Assembly: GCA_963845535.1 (NCBI GenBank)
Contig: CAWJSK010000003.1
Coordinates: forward strand, 84,936-148,935
Length of the DNA stretch: 64,000 nucleotides
DNA from: an uncultured Spirochaetota bacterium
Lineage (GTDB): Bacteria; Spirochaetota; Spirochaetia; SZUA-6; Fen-1364
Reading direction: 5' to 3'
Of the stretch, positions 1-9,129 are shown piece by piece. A program made the translations under genes and the position numbers. The first letter of the stretch is position 1. Each line of letters begins with the position of its first letter. The notes under the pieces were generated by a model. That model saw nothing but the letters and a program-made list of their open reading frames with translations. It ran no database searches and was not told where the DNA came from.

Positions 1-327
1 CGTGCGGACGTACGCAGCCGCCTCGACTGCCACTCCCCGTATGGCCTCTTCCTGGCGATAGAGTGCTTCAGGAATGACAAAATACTCCTTCATGGGTCTT
101 CCCGGCATCGGTTCGAGCGGAGATATCATCGGATGCCTCGGGGTCAGGTCCGCGACTTGCGCTGCAGAGAGCCTTATGAAAAGAGAGCTCTGGAAAAGCC
201 CGGCAAACATGTTGCCGTTGATGAAGTATGCGGGGTATCCGAACATTGGCCTCTTCTGACAGTCAATCCCCGCCATGACCCTTTCAATCAAGACCTTGAG
301 CTCCTCAGGAGCCTTCTGCCACTTCAT
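1..327 (-). CDS. TfoX/Sxy N-terminal domain family protein (3' end runs off the window)
   Basis: Not in the ORF track. Manual translation from ATG 327 gives MKWQKAPEEL...KRPMFGYPAYFINGNMFAGL...PMPGRPMKEYFVIP. The MFG...F..GNMFAG and GRPMKEY motifs are typical of TfoX_N. Confidence 0.75.
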   Translation of the reverse strand, partial: MKWQKAPEELKVLIERVMAGIDCQKRPMFGYPAYFINGNMFAGLFQSSLFIRLSAAQVADLTPRHPMISPLEPMPGRPMKEYFVIPEALYRQEEAIRGVAVEAAAYVRT

Positions 328-377
328 GACCTTTCCCCCGCATATGCGTGAATGCTGCCTGAAACCGGCAAGCCTTG

Positions 378-386
378 TGTTATAAT
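378..386 (+). promoter_or_regulatory. Extended -10 promoter (TGnTATAAT) for the Omp85-like gene
   Basis: TG-T-TATAAT lies 9 nt before ATG 396. Confidence 0.55.
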
Positions 387-395
387 AATGCCTAC

Positions 396-1553
396 ATGGA
401 AAGGTTGACGACTCGAAACAACGCGGTGCGAGCGGCGGTCATCGCTGCGGCAATGCTGCTTGTCGCTGTCGGCGCAAGCGCACAAATGGAAGCCCCCGAG
501 GGCATATTCACCCTGACAAACTTCGGCGTTCGAACGTATTGGTGGGGCATCGTCCCGACCGGAGGGGATTTCTCCGTCCTCTACAACGGGTTCAAGATCA
601 TTCCGGGCCTCGATACTATCATCGAGGATGATCTTGGCGCCGGGTACGAGACGGACAACTACTACCGCTACCCCAACGGCAGTTTGTATTCCGGACCCTC
701 GGGGGATGGCTCGTCGGTCCTTTTCGACAGGCTTGAAATCGTCGAAGGACTTGGAATCAGGCAGGGCATCCTCTGGGACCAGAGCCGCAAGCGAAATCTG
801 GTCGAAGGCTTCCTTTTCTACAGGCTTCACTACGACAAGAGCTACGCTGGCGCGGGCTCTCTCCTTGCTCAGTCGGGCGTTCCAGATCGCGGCCAGATCT
901 TGAGCAACTCCCTGATGGCAGGCGTCTCAGCGAGCACGCTCGTGAAGGACAATGTTCACAAGACGTGGGACGGGCTGTACGGAGAGGCATCCGTGCAATG
1001 GGGCCCGTCGTTCTTCTTCAACAGCATTGGGAATGCTGACTTCTACAGGTTGAACACGACTCTCAAGGGCTTCCGAACGCTGTATGCCTCCCCCACCACC
1101 GGAGATTCGAACTTTTTCAGCATCTACGTGGGGGATTTCATTTCCGTGGATTACACGGGCGGCGGCTCAATTCCATATTATGTCCAGGAGAGCACGGGCG
1201 GCCTGGATCCACGGGCTACAACCGATGATTGGGTCCGTGGCTTTGAGACCGGTTCGTACGGCACCACCTTCAAGGCGGTCAACAATTTCGACATTCGCTT
1301 TCAGGGGCCCGCGGTCATATGGCCCTCCGTGGTCCCCGGGTTGTACGCTTTCACCGACGCAGGGTATTACAACGGATTTGCCGGTGATCCCGCCAACACG
1401 CCGGGAGGCTTCCTGGCCTCCGCTGGCGTCGGCGGTTATCTCGACTTTTTCGATCTGACGAACGTGACCGGCTACCTTGCTTTTCCTTTGTACGGCCACC
1501 GCATCGACAACGCGTCCTGGGCCATCAGCTTCCACTTCCACCTTGACTTCTGA
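396..1553 (+). CDS. Omp85/BamA-TamA family outer-membrane beta-barrel without POTRA domains
   Basis: Signal peptide (..AVGASA), amphipathic strands, WVRGF loop motif, FTDAG (FxDxG) motif and a C-terminal FHLDF. Confidence 0.7.
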   Translation: MERLTTRNNAVRAAVIAAAMLLVAVGASAQMEAPEGIFTLTNFGVRTYWWGIVPTGGDFSVLYNGFKIIPGLDTIIEDDLGAGYETDNYYRYPNGSLYSGPSGDGSSVLFDRLEIVEGLGIRQGILWDQSRKRNLVEGFLFYRLHYDKSYAGAGSLLAQSGVPDRGQILSNSLMAGVSASTLVKDNVHKTWDGLYGEASVQWGPSFFFNSIGNADFYRLNTTLKGFRTLYASPTTGDSNFFSIYVGDFISVDYTGGGSIPYYVQESTGGLDPRATTDDWVRGFETGSYGTTFKAVNNFDIRFQGPAVIWPSVVPGLYAFTDAGYYNGFAGDPANTPGGFLASAGVGGYLDFFDLTNVTGYLAFPLYGHRIDNASWAISFHFHLDF

Positions 1554-1606
1554 AAGGCGGCGCCTCGCGTTCAAGATCACGCGCGCGGATCAGCACAAAT
1601 GGCGGA

Positions 1607-2485
1607 TCAAAACAGGAGGAGCTTCACCGCCATTGCCGCTCCAAAGACCGCGCAGTAAATGGCAAAAGGCGTGAGCTTCCGGTCGCGGAAATAACGGTCG
1701 AGGAAGCGCACGGCAAAATAGGCGGCAATTCCGGCGCAGATGCTCCCCACCGCAATCTGGGAGCGCACACCGTTCCCGTTAGGCCCGAGCAGGTCAGGCA
1801 CCTTGTAGACTCCGGCCGCCAGGATGATCGGCGTGGCAAGGAGGAACGAGAAACGCGCGGCGTCCTGGTGATCGAGGCCGCGCACCAGTCCTCCGATCAT
1901 GGTTATTCCTGAACGACTTATTCCCGCAAAGAGCGCGAGCACTTGCGACACACCGATGATGCCGGCGTCGCGATACTTCATGATTCTGAGGTTCTGCGCG
2001 GTCGCTTCAAGACTGCTGTCGGTTCGAGCGCGCTCAGGACGTCGCCTCAAGATTTCCGCAAGCAACAGGACTCCGCCGTTGAGCACCATGAAGACCGCGG
2101 CCGCGAGGGGTTTTGCAAAGAGGGTGCGCAAAGAGTGCTCGAAGACGACCCCCACGAGCCCCGCCGGTATGGTCGCGACAATCAGGAGCCACGCAAGGCG
2201 TTCGTCGGGGGTGGTCGCCTTGCCCTTTCTGATTGAGGTGAAGAAACCCACGATGATTCTGCCCCACTCCTCCCGGTAGAAGATGAGGAGCGCAAGGGCG
2301 GTGGCTACGTGCAGACCGACGAGGAAGGCAAGGAAAAACGATTCGCTGTCGGATTGGGCGCGGACCAGGTTGTCCCAGCCGAAAAGGGTTGGAAAGAGCA
2401 CTGAATGACCGAGGCTCGAGACGGGGAAAAGCTCGCTTACCCCCTGCAAGAGCCCCATGACGACCGCCTGGAAATAGCTCAACAT
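1607..2485 (-). CDS. uppP: Undecaprenyl-diphosphate phosphatase
   Basis: GLLQGVSELFPVSSLGH and GISRSG motifs, ARFSFLL, and multiple TM segments. Confidence 0.95.
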   Translation of the reverse strand: MLSYFQAVVMGLLQGVSELFPVSSLGHSVLFPTLFGWDNLVRAQSDSESFFLAFLVGLHVATALALLIFYREEWGRIIVGFFTSIRKGKATTPDERLAWLLIVATIPAGLVGVVFEHSLRTLFAKPLAAAVFMVLNGGVLLLAEILRRRPERARTDSSLEATAQNLRIMKYRDAGIIGVSQVLALFAGISRSGITMIGGLVRGLDHQDAARFSFLLATPIILAAGVYKVPDLLGPNGNGVRSQIAVGSICAGIAAYFAVRFLDRYFRDRKLTPFAIYCAVFGAAMAVKLLLF

Positions 2486-2495
2486 GTGTCATGTC

Positions 2496-3284
2496 CTACT
2501 TGTTGACGTTGTCCGCAAACCACGAAACGAGCGCGCGCATTCGGTAGTAGAAAGACTTCTCTTTCGATTTTTCCAGCCCCAAGAAGTGGCCCGTCTTTAC
2601 CGCGGTCAAGCCGTAAAGGACAAGTTTGTCCTGGCAGGGAACGACGTAGAAATACGTATGGAGATTGCCGGGATCAACGAGAGTGAAGATGAGATACTTC
2701 ATGCTTGTGAGGTTGGTCACGTTGACGGCGAAGGTGTCGTTTTGCTCGTCATAGTCGAAATGGAACTTTGCGTAGGAGTCGCCCGTCTGCTCCTCCTTCT
2801 CATAGACGACGTAATCGGCTTGAGGGGGAACAGTCGTGACCGCAACGTCGGGGAGCCGCTTCTTGTTGTCAGAGGCATCAACGAGAGAGGCATCGAAAAG
2901 AAAGGTCTCCAGATGTCCCTGGGAGACAGAATATACCTGAATGCCCTTGAGAGTGGAAAATGCCGTGAAAGTGTTGAAGACCTTTGCATCAAGGCTCTGC
3001 GGATCCAGGTCTGGCTTGTCGATGAGAAAGAAGCCCTCCGCAACTATGGTGCTATCGAAACCCTGGAGCGCCCCTCGTATGGCGTCGGCCATGGGGCTCT
3101 TCTGCCAGAGGGGAAGATCTTTGATGTTTCCCGCGATGTTGGTGACCTCCCCATTGGCATAGAGCTTGTTCAACTCCTCCGGGGGAAGGAAACTGAGATA
3201 GTCTTTGGAGACTTTTGGGATGTCTTGTGCTATCACTGGCAAGGCTACTACGCACAACAATGCTGCGAGGACCATTCTCTTCAT
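2496..3284 (-). CDS. Exported hypothetical protein (spirochete-type, possibly DUF6675-like)
   Basis: SD AAGGAG, signal peptide and coding-like codon usage. The family assignment is from recall only. Confidence 0.6.
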   Translation of the reverse strand: MKRMVLAALLCVVALPVIAQDIPKVSKDYLSFLPPEELNKLYANGEVTNIAGNIKDLPLWQKSPMADAIRGALQGFDSTIVAEGFFLIDKPDLDPQSLDAKVFNTFTAFSTLKGIQVYSVSQGHLETFLFDASLVDASDNKKRLPDVAVTTVPPQADYVVYEKEEQTGDSYAKFHFDYDEQNDTFAVNVTNLTSMKYLIFTLVDPGNLHTYFYVVPCQDKLVLYGLTAVKTGHFLGLEKSKEKSFYYRMRALVSWFADNVNK

Positions 3285-3335
3285 CTACATGCTCCTTCTC
3301 GTCATCAGATACAACACTTTGCGCCTTTTATTCAA

Positions 3336-4262
3336 TCACTGAACAGATACGCTTTTCACACTATTACTGGCAAGGCCCTGCGATGTCGTGTAATTGCTCC
3401 ATGAGGCACCGCTGTCGAGAGACACCCACACTCCGGAGCCGGTGGCCGCGTAGATATCCGTCCCTGAAACGTAGACGCTGTAAACCACGGTGCCCGAGAG
3501 GTAGGTGGTCCACGTCGTTCCGTTGTAAACCGACAGTCCCGCGTTGGTGGCGGCGTAGATGACCCCGCCGTAGACAAAGACGCCGTTGACGGTGTTGCCG
3601 GCAAGGCCGCTTGTCGTGTTGTATATCGTCATCCATGCCGGCAGTGACGCGTTGGGCGTTTCGGCCAACCCTTGATCTGTGCCTGCGTAAACATTAGTCC
3701 CGTCATCAAAAACACAAAGCACGTTCGTGCTCGGGAGACCAGCGGTGTATGCGCTCCAGGCCGAGCCACCACTATTGGAAATGGACAGGCCGGCGCTTGT
3801 GGCTGCGTAAATGTTCGTACCGTCAAAGTAAATACCTTGAACATTGCTCGAACCGGTGCCGAGACTCGAATACGTCGTCCAAGTACCGTTGTAAATCGAG
3901 ACTCCCGCGCTCGTGGCCGCATAGACATTGGTTGATACAAAAACATCATTTATCTGAACACTGGGGAGCATGGTAGTCCACGTTGCCCCGTCAGTGGAAA
4001 GAAAAAGCCCAGTATTCGTGCCGGCGTACAGGGACACATAGCTGCCAGAGGACACGGCGACAATGCTGTTGACGTTGGCCAACGAGCCGATTGTCGACCA
4101 GGAAGAGCCGCCTGTCAGGGAAACGGAGACTCCGGCCGCGGTTGCAGCATAAATGTCAATTGCGGAAGGGCCGCCTACTCCCGGCAAGGCGGCAGGGTTG
4201 CAGCCAGCCAGGGAAAGGGCAAGGCACGCGAGCCCGGCAGTTGACAGAGCATGGATCATCAC
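3336..4262 (-). CDS. Lipoprotein with a seven-repeat beta-propeller
   Basis: Lipobox LAGC. Seven repeats of (I/V/L)YA(A/G)TxxG(L/V) followed by a Trp-containing strand, plus GLxSNxV-like motifs. Confidence 0.75.
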   Translation of the reverse strand: MMIHALSTAGLACLALSLAGCNPAALPGVGGPSAIDIYAATAAGVSVSLTGGSSWSTIGSLANVNSIVAVSSGSYVSLYAGTNTGLFLSTDGATWTTMLPSVQINDVFVSTNVYAATSAGVSIYNGTWTTYSSLGTGSSNVQGIYFDGTNIYAATSAGLSISNSGGSAWSAYTAGLPSTNVLCVFDDGTNVYAGTDQGLAETPNASLPAWMTIYNTTSGLAGNTVNGVFVYGGVIYAATNAGLSVYNGTTWTTYLSGTVVYSVYVSGTDIYAATGSGVWVSLDSGASWSNYTTSQGLASNSVKSVSVQ

Positions 4263-4269
4263 GGAGAAT
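4241..4269 (+). promoter_or_regulatory. Candidate sigma70 promoter for the small lipoprotein
   Basis: TTGACA-N17-GAGAAT, overlapping the 5' end of the divergent gene. Confidence 0.4.
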
Positions 4270-4280
4270 CGCCTTGCAGA

Positions 4281-4634
4281 ATGGCAGCTCTTGGAAAAAC
4301 AGCGGTGGCCATCATGGCCGCTTTCCTCGTCTCGTGTCAGCTCCTTTTCCAGACGCAGGTCAGCTTCCAGAACAGCACCTCTTCCTATACTTTCCTGGAA
4401 ATCAAGCTGGGGTCCATCGATTACACGTCCACGCTGTCCCCGGGCCAGCAGACGTCGTTCTTTCCCGTTGGCCAGGGTCTGTACACGCTCTATACGAGGG
4501 GAATCGACGGCGTGCTCTATGCGTGGCCCGTAAAGCAGTCGATTGCCGGCGGTTACAGCTATACGATAATCTTCGCCGTGAACAGCACGACAAACAGCCT
4601 CTCCTATACGACCTACGTTGCGCTGGAAAAGTAG
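4281..4634 (+). CDS. Small beta-rich lipoprotein
   Basis: MAALGKTAVAIMAAFLVSC lipoprotein signal. ATG 4281 was chosen to avoid overlap with the divergent gene. Confidence 0.6.
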   Translation: MAALGKTAVAIMAAFLVSCQLLFQTQVSFQNSTSSYTFLEIKLGSIDYTSTLSPGQQTSFFPVGQGLYTLYTRGIDGVLYAWPVKQSIAGGYSYTIIFAVNSTTNSLSYTTYVALEK

Positions 4635-4652
4635 CTGGCGTTCCCGAACCCT

Positions 4653-4874
4653 TCACGGGAGCACTTCCTTCACACGGCCCACTTCGCCGGATTCGAGCCT
4701 GACCTTGATGCCATGAGGATGCGTGGGGGAGTTTGTCAGGATGTCCCGCACTACCCCCTCGGTGAGGCGGCCGGTCGGCTGGTCCTGCTTCTGGACAATG
4801 GTGACCCTGCAACCCGGGCGGATATTGGCCCGGATGCTTCCGTCAGATGCTGACGCTGAGGCAGCGGGGCTCAT
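4653..4874 (-). CDS. YwbE family protein (DUF2196)
   Basis: KQDQPTGRLTEGVVRDILTNSPTHPHGIKVRL signature. Confidence 0.9.
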   Translation of the reverse strand: MSPAASASASDGSIRANIRPGCRVTIVQKQDQPTGRLTEGVVRDILTNSPTHPHGIKVRLESGEVGRVKEVLP

Positions 4875-5149
4875 CGAGGGTAGCTCGCTTTCGAGAGAAG
4901 CCAGATCATCAGGAGGGACGTCGTCAGCGCGGAGAACACGTTAACGGAGTTGAAGTCGGAAAGGTACTGGATGACCTTGGAAAAAATCTGGTCAATCAAC
5001 CCGCCCAGGAATGAGCCGACAAGCCCGACGATGATGGCGCCCCAGAGCTTTCCCAGCACCGGCTTCTTGATCGCGAAGAAAAAGAAAACCGCTGTGGCAA
5101 CTCCGATTGTCACATATGTAAGCCCGACGTTGAAATAGTAGAACCACAT
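4871..5149 (-). CDS. Small membrane protein, GlsB/YeaQ/YmgE-like
   Basis: Three hydrophobic segments and an IIVGLVGSFLGG motif. Confidence 0.6.
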   Translation of the reverse strand: MWFYYFNVGLTYVTIGVATAVFFFFAIKKPVLGKLWGAIIVGLVGSFLGGLIDQIFSKVIQYLSDFNSVNVFSALTTSLLMIWLLSKASYPR

Positions 5150-5165
5150 CAGAAGATCCCTTTCA

Positions 5166-5882
5166 TTAAGGAAATGTTATCTGGACATACCCGAGATACG
5201 TCGCCGTTGAATACTGCACAATAGAAGTTCCGGCCTCAAATCCGTACGTGAGCGCATACAGAATGACATATGCATAGCCCTGGCCGGAACCGACAATGGT
5301 ATTGTAAACAGTCTCGTCAGTGTCATTGGCTGCATAGTCAAAATTGGGCGAGGGAATGACGCTATTTGAGGCAAACCACCTGCTGGTAAGCGGTGGCTGC
5401 TGAGAAAACGAGATATACCTCCCGATAGGGACCGTCAACGGCCCCAGACTGGGGGAGGTATAACTGTATGTGGAAATCGCTATTGGGTTGATGGTCAACG
5501 TAACGGTAAACGAAGAGGCCGCGTCAGCTCCGGATACAGAAATCATGGGCGCGGTTCTACTAATTGGCGGCGTGTCACCAGACAGGCACATAGGAAAAAA
5601 GCCGTCTGCCTGAAGCGTTCCTGGGCCAGGCGTCCCGCCTCCCCCAAGGTTGATGTCGTTTCCGGTTGGCGTAGAAGCCGAGAATTTGTAATACACCTCG
5701 AAACCGGCCAACGTTGTCTGATTCCCCGCAAGCGTGCCAGGGTTGGTGAAAGACGCTGTGGACGTTGTGCCGACTGCCAGCGTGCCTGGTATGGGCGCGG
5801 CCAGGAAATACGGACTTGGCAGTCCGCAACCAACCTCCAGCCATACAAGCGTGGCAGCAAAGAAAATCTTGAGCGAGCGCAC
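5166..5882 (-). CDS. Ser/Thr-rich lipoprotein, paralog of 59541..60254
   Basis: Signal peptide ending VGC-GLP. Colinear similarity to the 59.5-kb gene. Confidence 0.7.
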   Translation of the reverse strand: MRSLKIFFAATLVWLEVGCGLPSPYFLAAPIPGTLAVGTTSTASFTNPGTLAGNQTTLAGFEVYYKFSASTPTGNDINLGGGGTPGPGTLQADGFFPMCLSGDTPPISRTAPMISVSGADAASSFTVTLTINPIAISTYSYTSPSLGPLTVPIGRYISFSQQPPLTSRWFASNSVIPSPNFDYAANDTDETVYNTIVGSGQGYAYVILYALTYGFEAGTSIVQYSTATYLGYVQITFP

Positions 5883-5911
5883 TTCCCTTTCCTACGCTCC
5901 CGCCCCAGATT

Positions 5912-8338
5912 TCACGGCTTTCCGCGGTCCGCCATCCTGCAGAGGGGCTCGAGGCCCTCCGGCACGTCGAGAAGCTCGTAGATCAACACGGGCTTATTCT
6001 TCCCTTTGACTCGAATGTTGTCCAGTTCCCGGGCAATGACCTTGTCCTTCACCTGGGCGTATGTGTACTCACTGATGATGATCGTGCTCCCGTATTCCTT
6101 GTTCGTGCCTTCCAGCCGGGCGCCCAAGTTGCAGTTGTCCCCCATCAAAGTATAGTTCATTCTTCCGGCGGATCCCATGTTCCCGACCGTCATGATCCCC
6201 GTGTTGACCCCGATCCCGATTCTTATCATCTTCTCCGGCGGCCATCCCGCGTTCATCTTGTTGAGGACCTCGATCTGCCTGAGCGCGCACTTGCAGGCAA
6301 GGAGCGCATGCTCCTCTTGCGGCAGCGGGGCGCCCCAGAAGCACATGATCTCGTCACCCACGTACTTGTCCAGCGTGCCTTCGTACTCCAGGATCAAGTC
6401 CGTCATTGCGGTCAGGTACAGGTTGAGGTGGTTCACGAGCTCCTGGGGAGACATTCTCTCCGAAAGAGTGGTGAACCCGCGTATGTCGGAGAAGAGTACG
6501 GTCAGCTCCTTGTCCACCCCTCCCAGCTCAGGAGGAGCGGGGGCTTTGAGAAGCTCATCCACGTACGCCGGGCTGACGTACTTGCCGAACATGTCGCGGA
6601 TGCGTCGCTTGTCTCTTTCTTCGAACACCGTCCGATAGGCAACCACGGCAAGGAAGCACACGAAGATCCCCAGGGCGGGGCCGAAGAAGTTCAAGACGGT
6701 GTCGTAATACTCGAAGACAACGAGATAGACGAAGAAGTACACAAGGATCAGGGAGACGGATATCACCAGGGACCAGATGGTGGAGAGCCTTGAGACCATC
6801 AACGACGTAAGCATGACGATCAGGAAAAGGATCAGCGTTTCCAGCCAGGGCTCCGTGAAACGGACGAAGTTGTTCATGAGGATGGTGTTGAGCGCGTTTG
6901 CGTGGATCTCCACGCCGTACATCAGGCCGAAGGGGGTCGGTTTCTCATCCTGCGCAATGCCCTGCGCGAAAGGCCCCATCATGAGGATCATGTTTCCGAC
7001 TTTCTTGGTGTTTGGCCATTTTGCCGGGTCCGGCGACGTGACGCTTCCGGCGTAGCCGGCATATGAGCGGACAGGGAACGTCTGCAGCTCATCCGGGTTG
7101 GCGCTCGAGCGCGGCCCCATGTAGTTGATGACCATGGCGCCCGTCTCATCGATGGGGACGCGGATTTCCGTCAGCGTCTTGTAGACGCCGTCCTTCACGA
7201 GGTTCCCGTCCTTGTCGTACTGCCGCGGCCTCACGGTGAGCCTGTACGGCTCCCATTGCTGGGTATCCAGGTTGAACTGCTGGGGGTTGGGAATGAGGAT
7301 GTACTTGCCGAGAACCACTTCGATATCCGACATGGTCTTGTGCATGTACTCCAACGCCAGGGAAAGCGTGATGGAGGGCACAAACGTGTCTCGATATTTC
7401 CGAACCACGAAATAGGACCTCTGCGTTTTTCCGTCCGCTGATTCCTCCACTCTCGGCGGGGCATTCTTTGCCATCACTCGCTTGAGGTCGGCGAGCGCTG
7501 CCGCGGTGAGGGGGTACGCAACGTCATGGATGACGTTGGATTTGTCGATCCACGCAAGCCGTTCGAAGTTGGCCCTGTCCAGGGGCATGTTTGCGGCAAG
7601 CTGATCCAGCGGGATCTCCCCTTCCGGCTCGGAGAGCTTGGCAATGAGCGGTTGCCTGCGGTAGACCTCATCCGGGTCGTTGAGGAAGTTCGCATGGCCG
7701 TAGCCGTGCGTGGCGGCCGCGTACGGCTTGAGGGGGGAATCCACTCCCAGGAAGGTGTTTACCTTGAGCCAGTCCCCCGTGATGTTGGTGATCGTGCCGA
7801 TTTTCTGGTACAGGACGTCCTGCCTGCCGAAAAACTCGGCGTCGGTGCCCGGCGGGTTTTCTTCCAGAGTGAGGACAGTTTCCAGGAAGACCCGGCCGTT
7901 CTGTTTGATGGATGAGATCAGGAGAGCGTCATCTTCCGCGGTCTCCGACGGCTCTATGAAAAAAACGTCAAGGAACAGGGCGCGCTCACGGTCACCCTGA
8001 TTCTTGATGCGGGAGAATGCGTTCACGAGGTCCGCGTGCCGTCTCCGGGGAAAGGGCCATCTGCCGAAGCGGGCCAGCGCCTTGTCATCGATGCCGATGA
8101 TCATGATATCCGGCGAAATCCTTGGATTTTGCTGGACGACGGAGACGCCCTGCTGCACATTCGTGGCTCGAACGGAGCTCTTCAGGCGGAAATTGAAGTC
8201 CAGCAGCTTCTGGTCGATCTGCGTGATCAGGATGGTCCCGAAGTTCAGGGCAAAGAGGAGAACAAAGACCAGAAGTCCGATGAAGAGCCCGAAGTAGCGC
8301 GTCTCCAGCAACTTCGACGTGCCTTTCTTCTCAGCCAC
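5912..8338 (-). CDS. CHASE2-domain class III adenylate cyclase
   Basis: GIDDKAL..GRWPFPR and YGVEIHA CHASE2 motifs, 3 TM helices, and catalytic FSDIRGFT, DKYVGD and NYTLMGDNCNLGARLE. Confidence 0.92.
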   Translation of the reverse strand: MAEKKGTSKLLETRYFGLFIGLLVFVLLFALNFGTILITQIDQKLLDFNFRLKSSVRATNVQQGVSVVQQNPRISPDIMIIGIDDKALARFGRWPFPRRRHADLVNAFSRIKNQGDRERALFLDVFFIEPSETAEDDALLISSIKQNGRVFLETVLTLEENPPGTDAEFFGRQDVLYQKIGTITNITGDWLKVNTFLGVDSPLKPYAAATHGYGHANFLNDPDEVYRRQPLIAKLSEPEGEIPLDQLAANMPLDRANFERLAWIDKSNVIHDVAYPLTAAALADLKRVMAKNAPPRVEESADGKTQRSYFVVRKYRDTFVPSITLSLALEYMHKTMSDIEVVLGKYILIPNPQQFNLDTQQWEPYRLTVRPRQYDKDGNLVKDGVYKTLTEIRVPIDETGAMVINYMGPRSSANPDELQTFPVRSYAGYAGSVTSPDPAKWPNTKKVGNMILMMGPFAQGIAQDEKPTPFGLMYGVEIHANALNTILMNNFVRFTEPWLETLILFLIVMLTSLMVSRLSTIWSLVISVSLILVYFFVYLVVFEYYDTVLNFFGPALGIFVCFLAVVAYRTVFEERDKRRIRDMFGKYVSPAYVDELLKAPAPPELGGVDKELTVLFSDIRGFTTLSERMSPQELVNHLNLYLTAMTDLILEYEGTLDKYVGDEIMCFWGAPLPQEEHALLACKCALRQIEVLNKMNAGWPPEKMIRIGIGVNTGIMTVGNMGSAGRMNYTLMGDNCNLGARLEGTNKEYGSTIIISEYTYAQVKDKVIARELDNIRVKGKNKPVLIYELLDVPEGLEPLCRMADRGKP

Positions 8339-8398
8339 GCGAGCACCCTCCTCACGGCGCGCGGCCCGGCCACGCCCGTCATCAGCCCCCTGTCGTCG

Positions 8399-9124
8399 CT
8401 ACTTTACTTTTCCCAGCACGCGCAGCTCGATCAGCCTGTCCTTGGCGAGCTTGTCCCAAGTGCTGCTGGGATACAGGCCGTCGATCTGGTCGTACATCTT
8501 GTGGGCGTCGTCGAATTGCCCTTTCTGCTCGTCCAGGCGGGCAACGTCGAACATGGCGCGCGGGGCAACCGGTGAGTCCTGGTAAGCCTGGGCGACTTTC
8601 GCGTACTGCTTCAGAGCGCCGTCGACGTCGCCTTTTGCTTCCCGGCAGACCCCGGCATCGAAAAGGCTGACGGGCGCGAGGTAGCTGTTGGGGAAACGCG
8701 CGGCAAGCTCCTGGTAGTCTTTCTGCGCGTTATCCCAGGCCTTCTTGTCGTAGTTGAAGCTTGCGCGAATGAAGAAACCGCGCTCGCCGCCGTACTGTCG
8801 GGCATAACGGCTGGTCAGCACGCCAAGCTCATCCGTGAGCTGCTTCTCCAGCGTGCCCTTCTGGGCGACATCGGACTCCGACTGCCACTTGTCGTAAAGG
8901 TCCTGAGCGCTTTCCGCGAGGACTGTCGAGTCACTGGTCAGCTTCTTCGAGATTTCCGTGTAGGTGAAGTACCCCACCAGGAACGCCGCGGCCGCGATGA
9001 GGATCACGAGCAGGATGATGCGGAACCTGCTGACGGTTGCGGCAAGAAAGTTGTTGATCCGATGCCGAATCGGCGTGTCAGAAACCACCTGGCGCCGGTC
9101 CGGCGTCTGCTGCACTGGCTGCAT
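8399..9124 (-). CDS. Membrane-anchored tetratricopeptide repeat protein (YfgM-like)
   Basis: Single TM followed by TPR helices (A..Y..LA..FP.S..AP). The start was moved to ATG 9124 to remove the overlap. Confidence 0.75.
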   Translation of the reverse strand: MQPVQQTPDRRQVVSDTPIRHRINNFLAATVSRFRIILLVILIAAAAFLVGYFTYTEISKKLTSDSTVLAESAQDLYDKWQSESDVAQKGTLEKQLTDELGVLTSRYARQYGGERGFFIRASFNYDKKAWDNAQKDYQELAARFPNSYLAPVSLFDAGVCREAKGDVDGALKQYAKVAQAYQDSPVAPRAMFDVARLDEQKGQFDDAHKMYDQIDGLYPSSTWDKLAKDRLIELRVLGKVK

Positions 9125-9129
9125 TCGTT

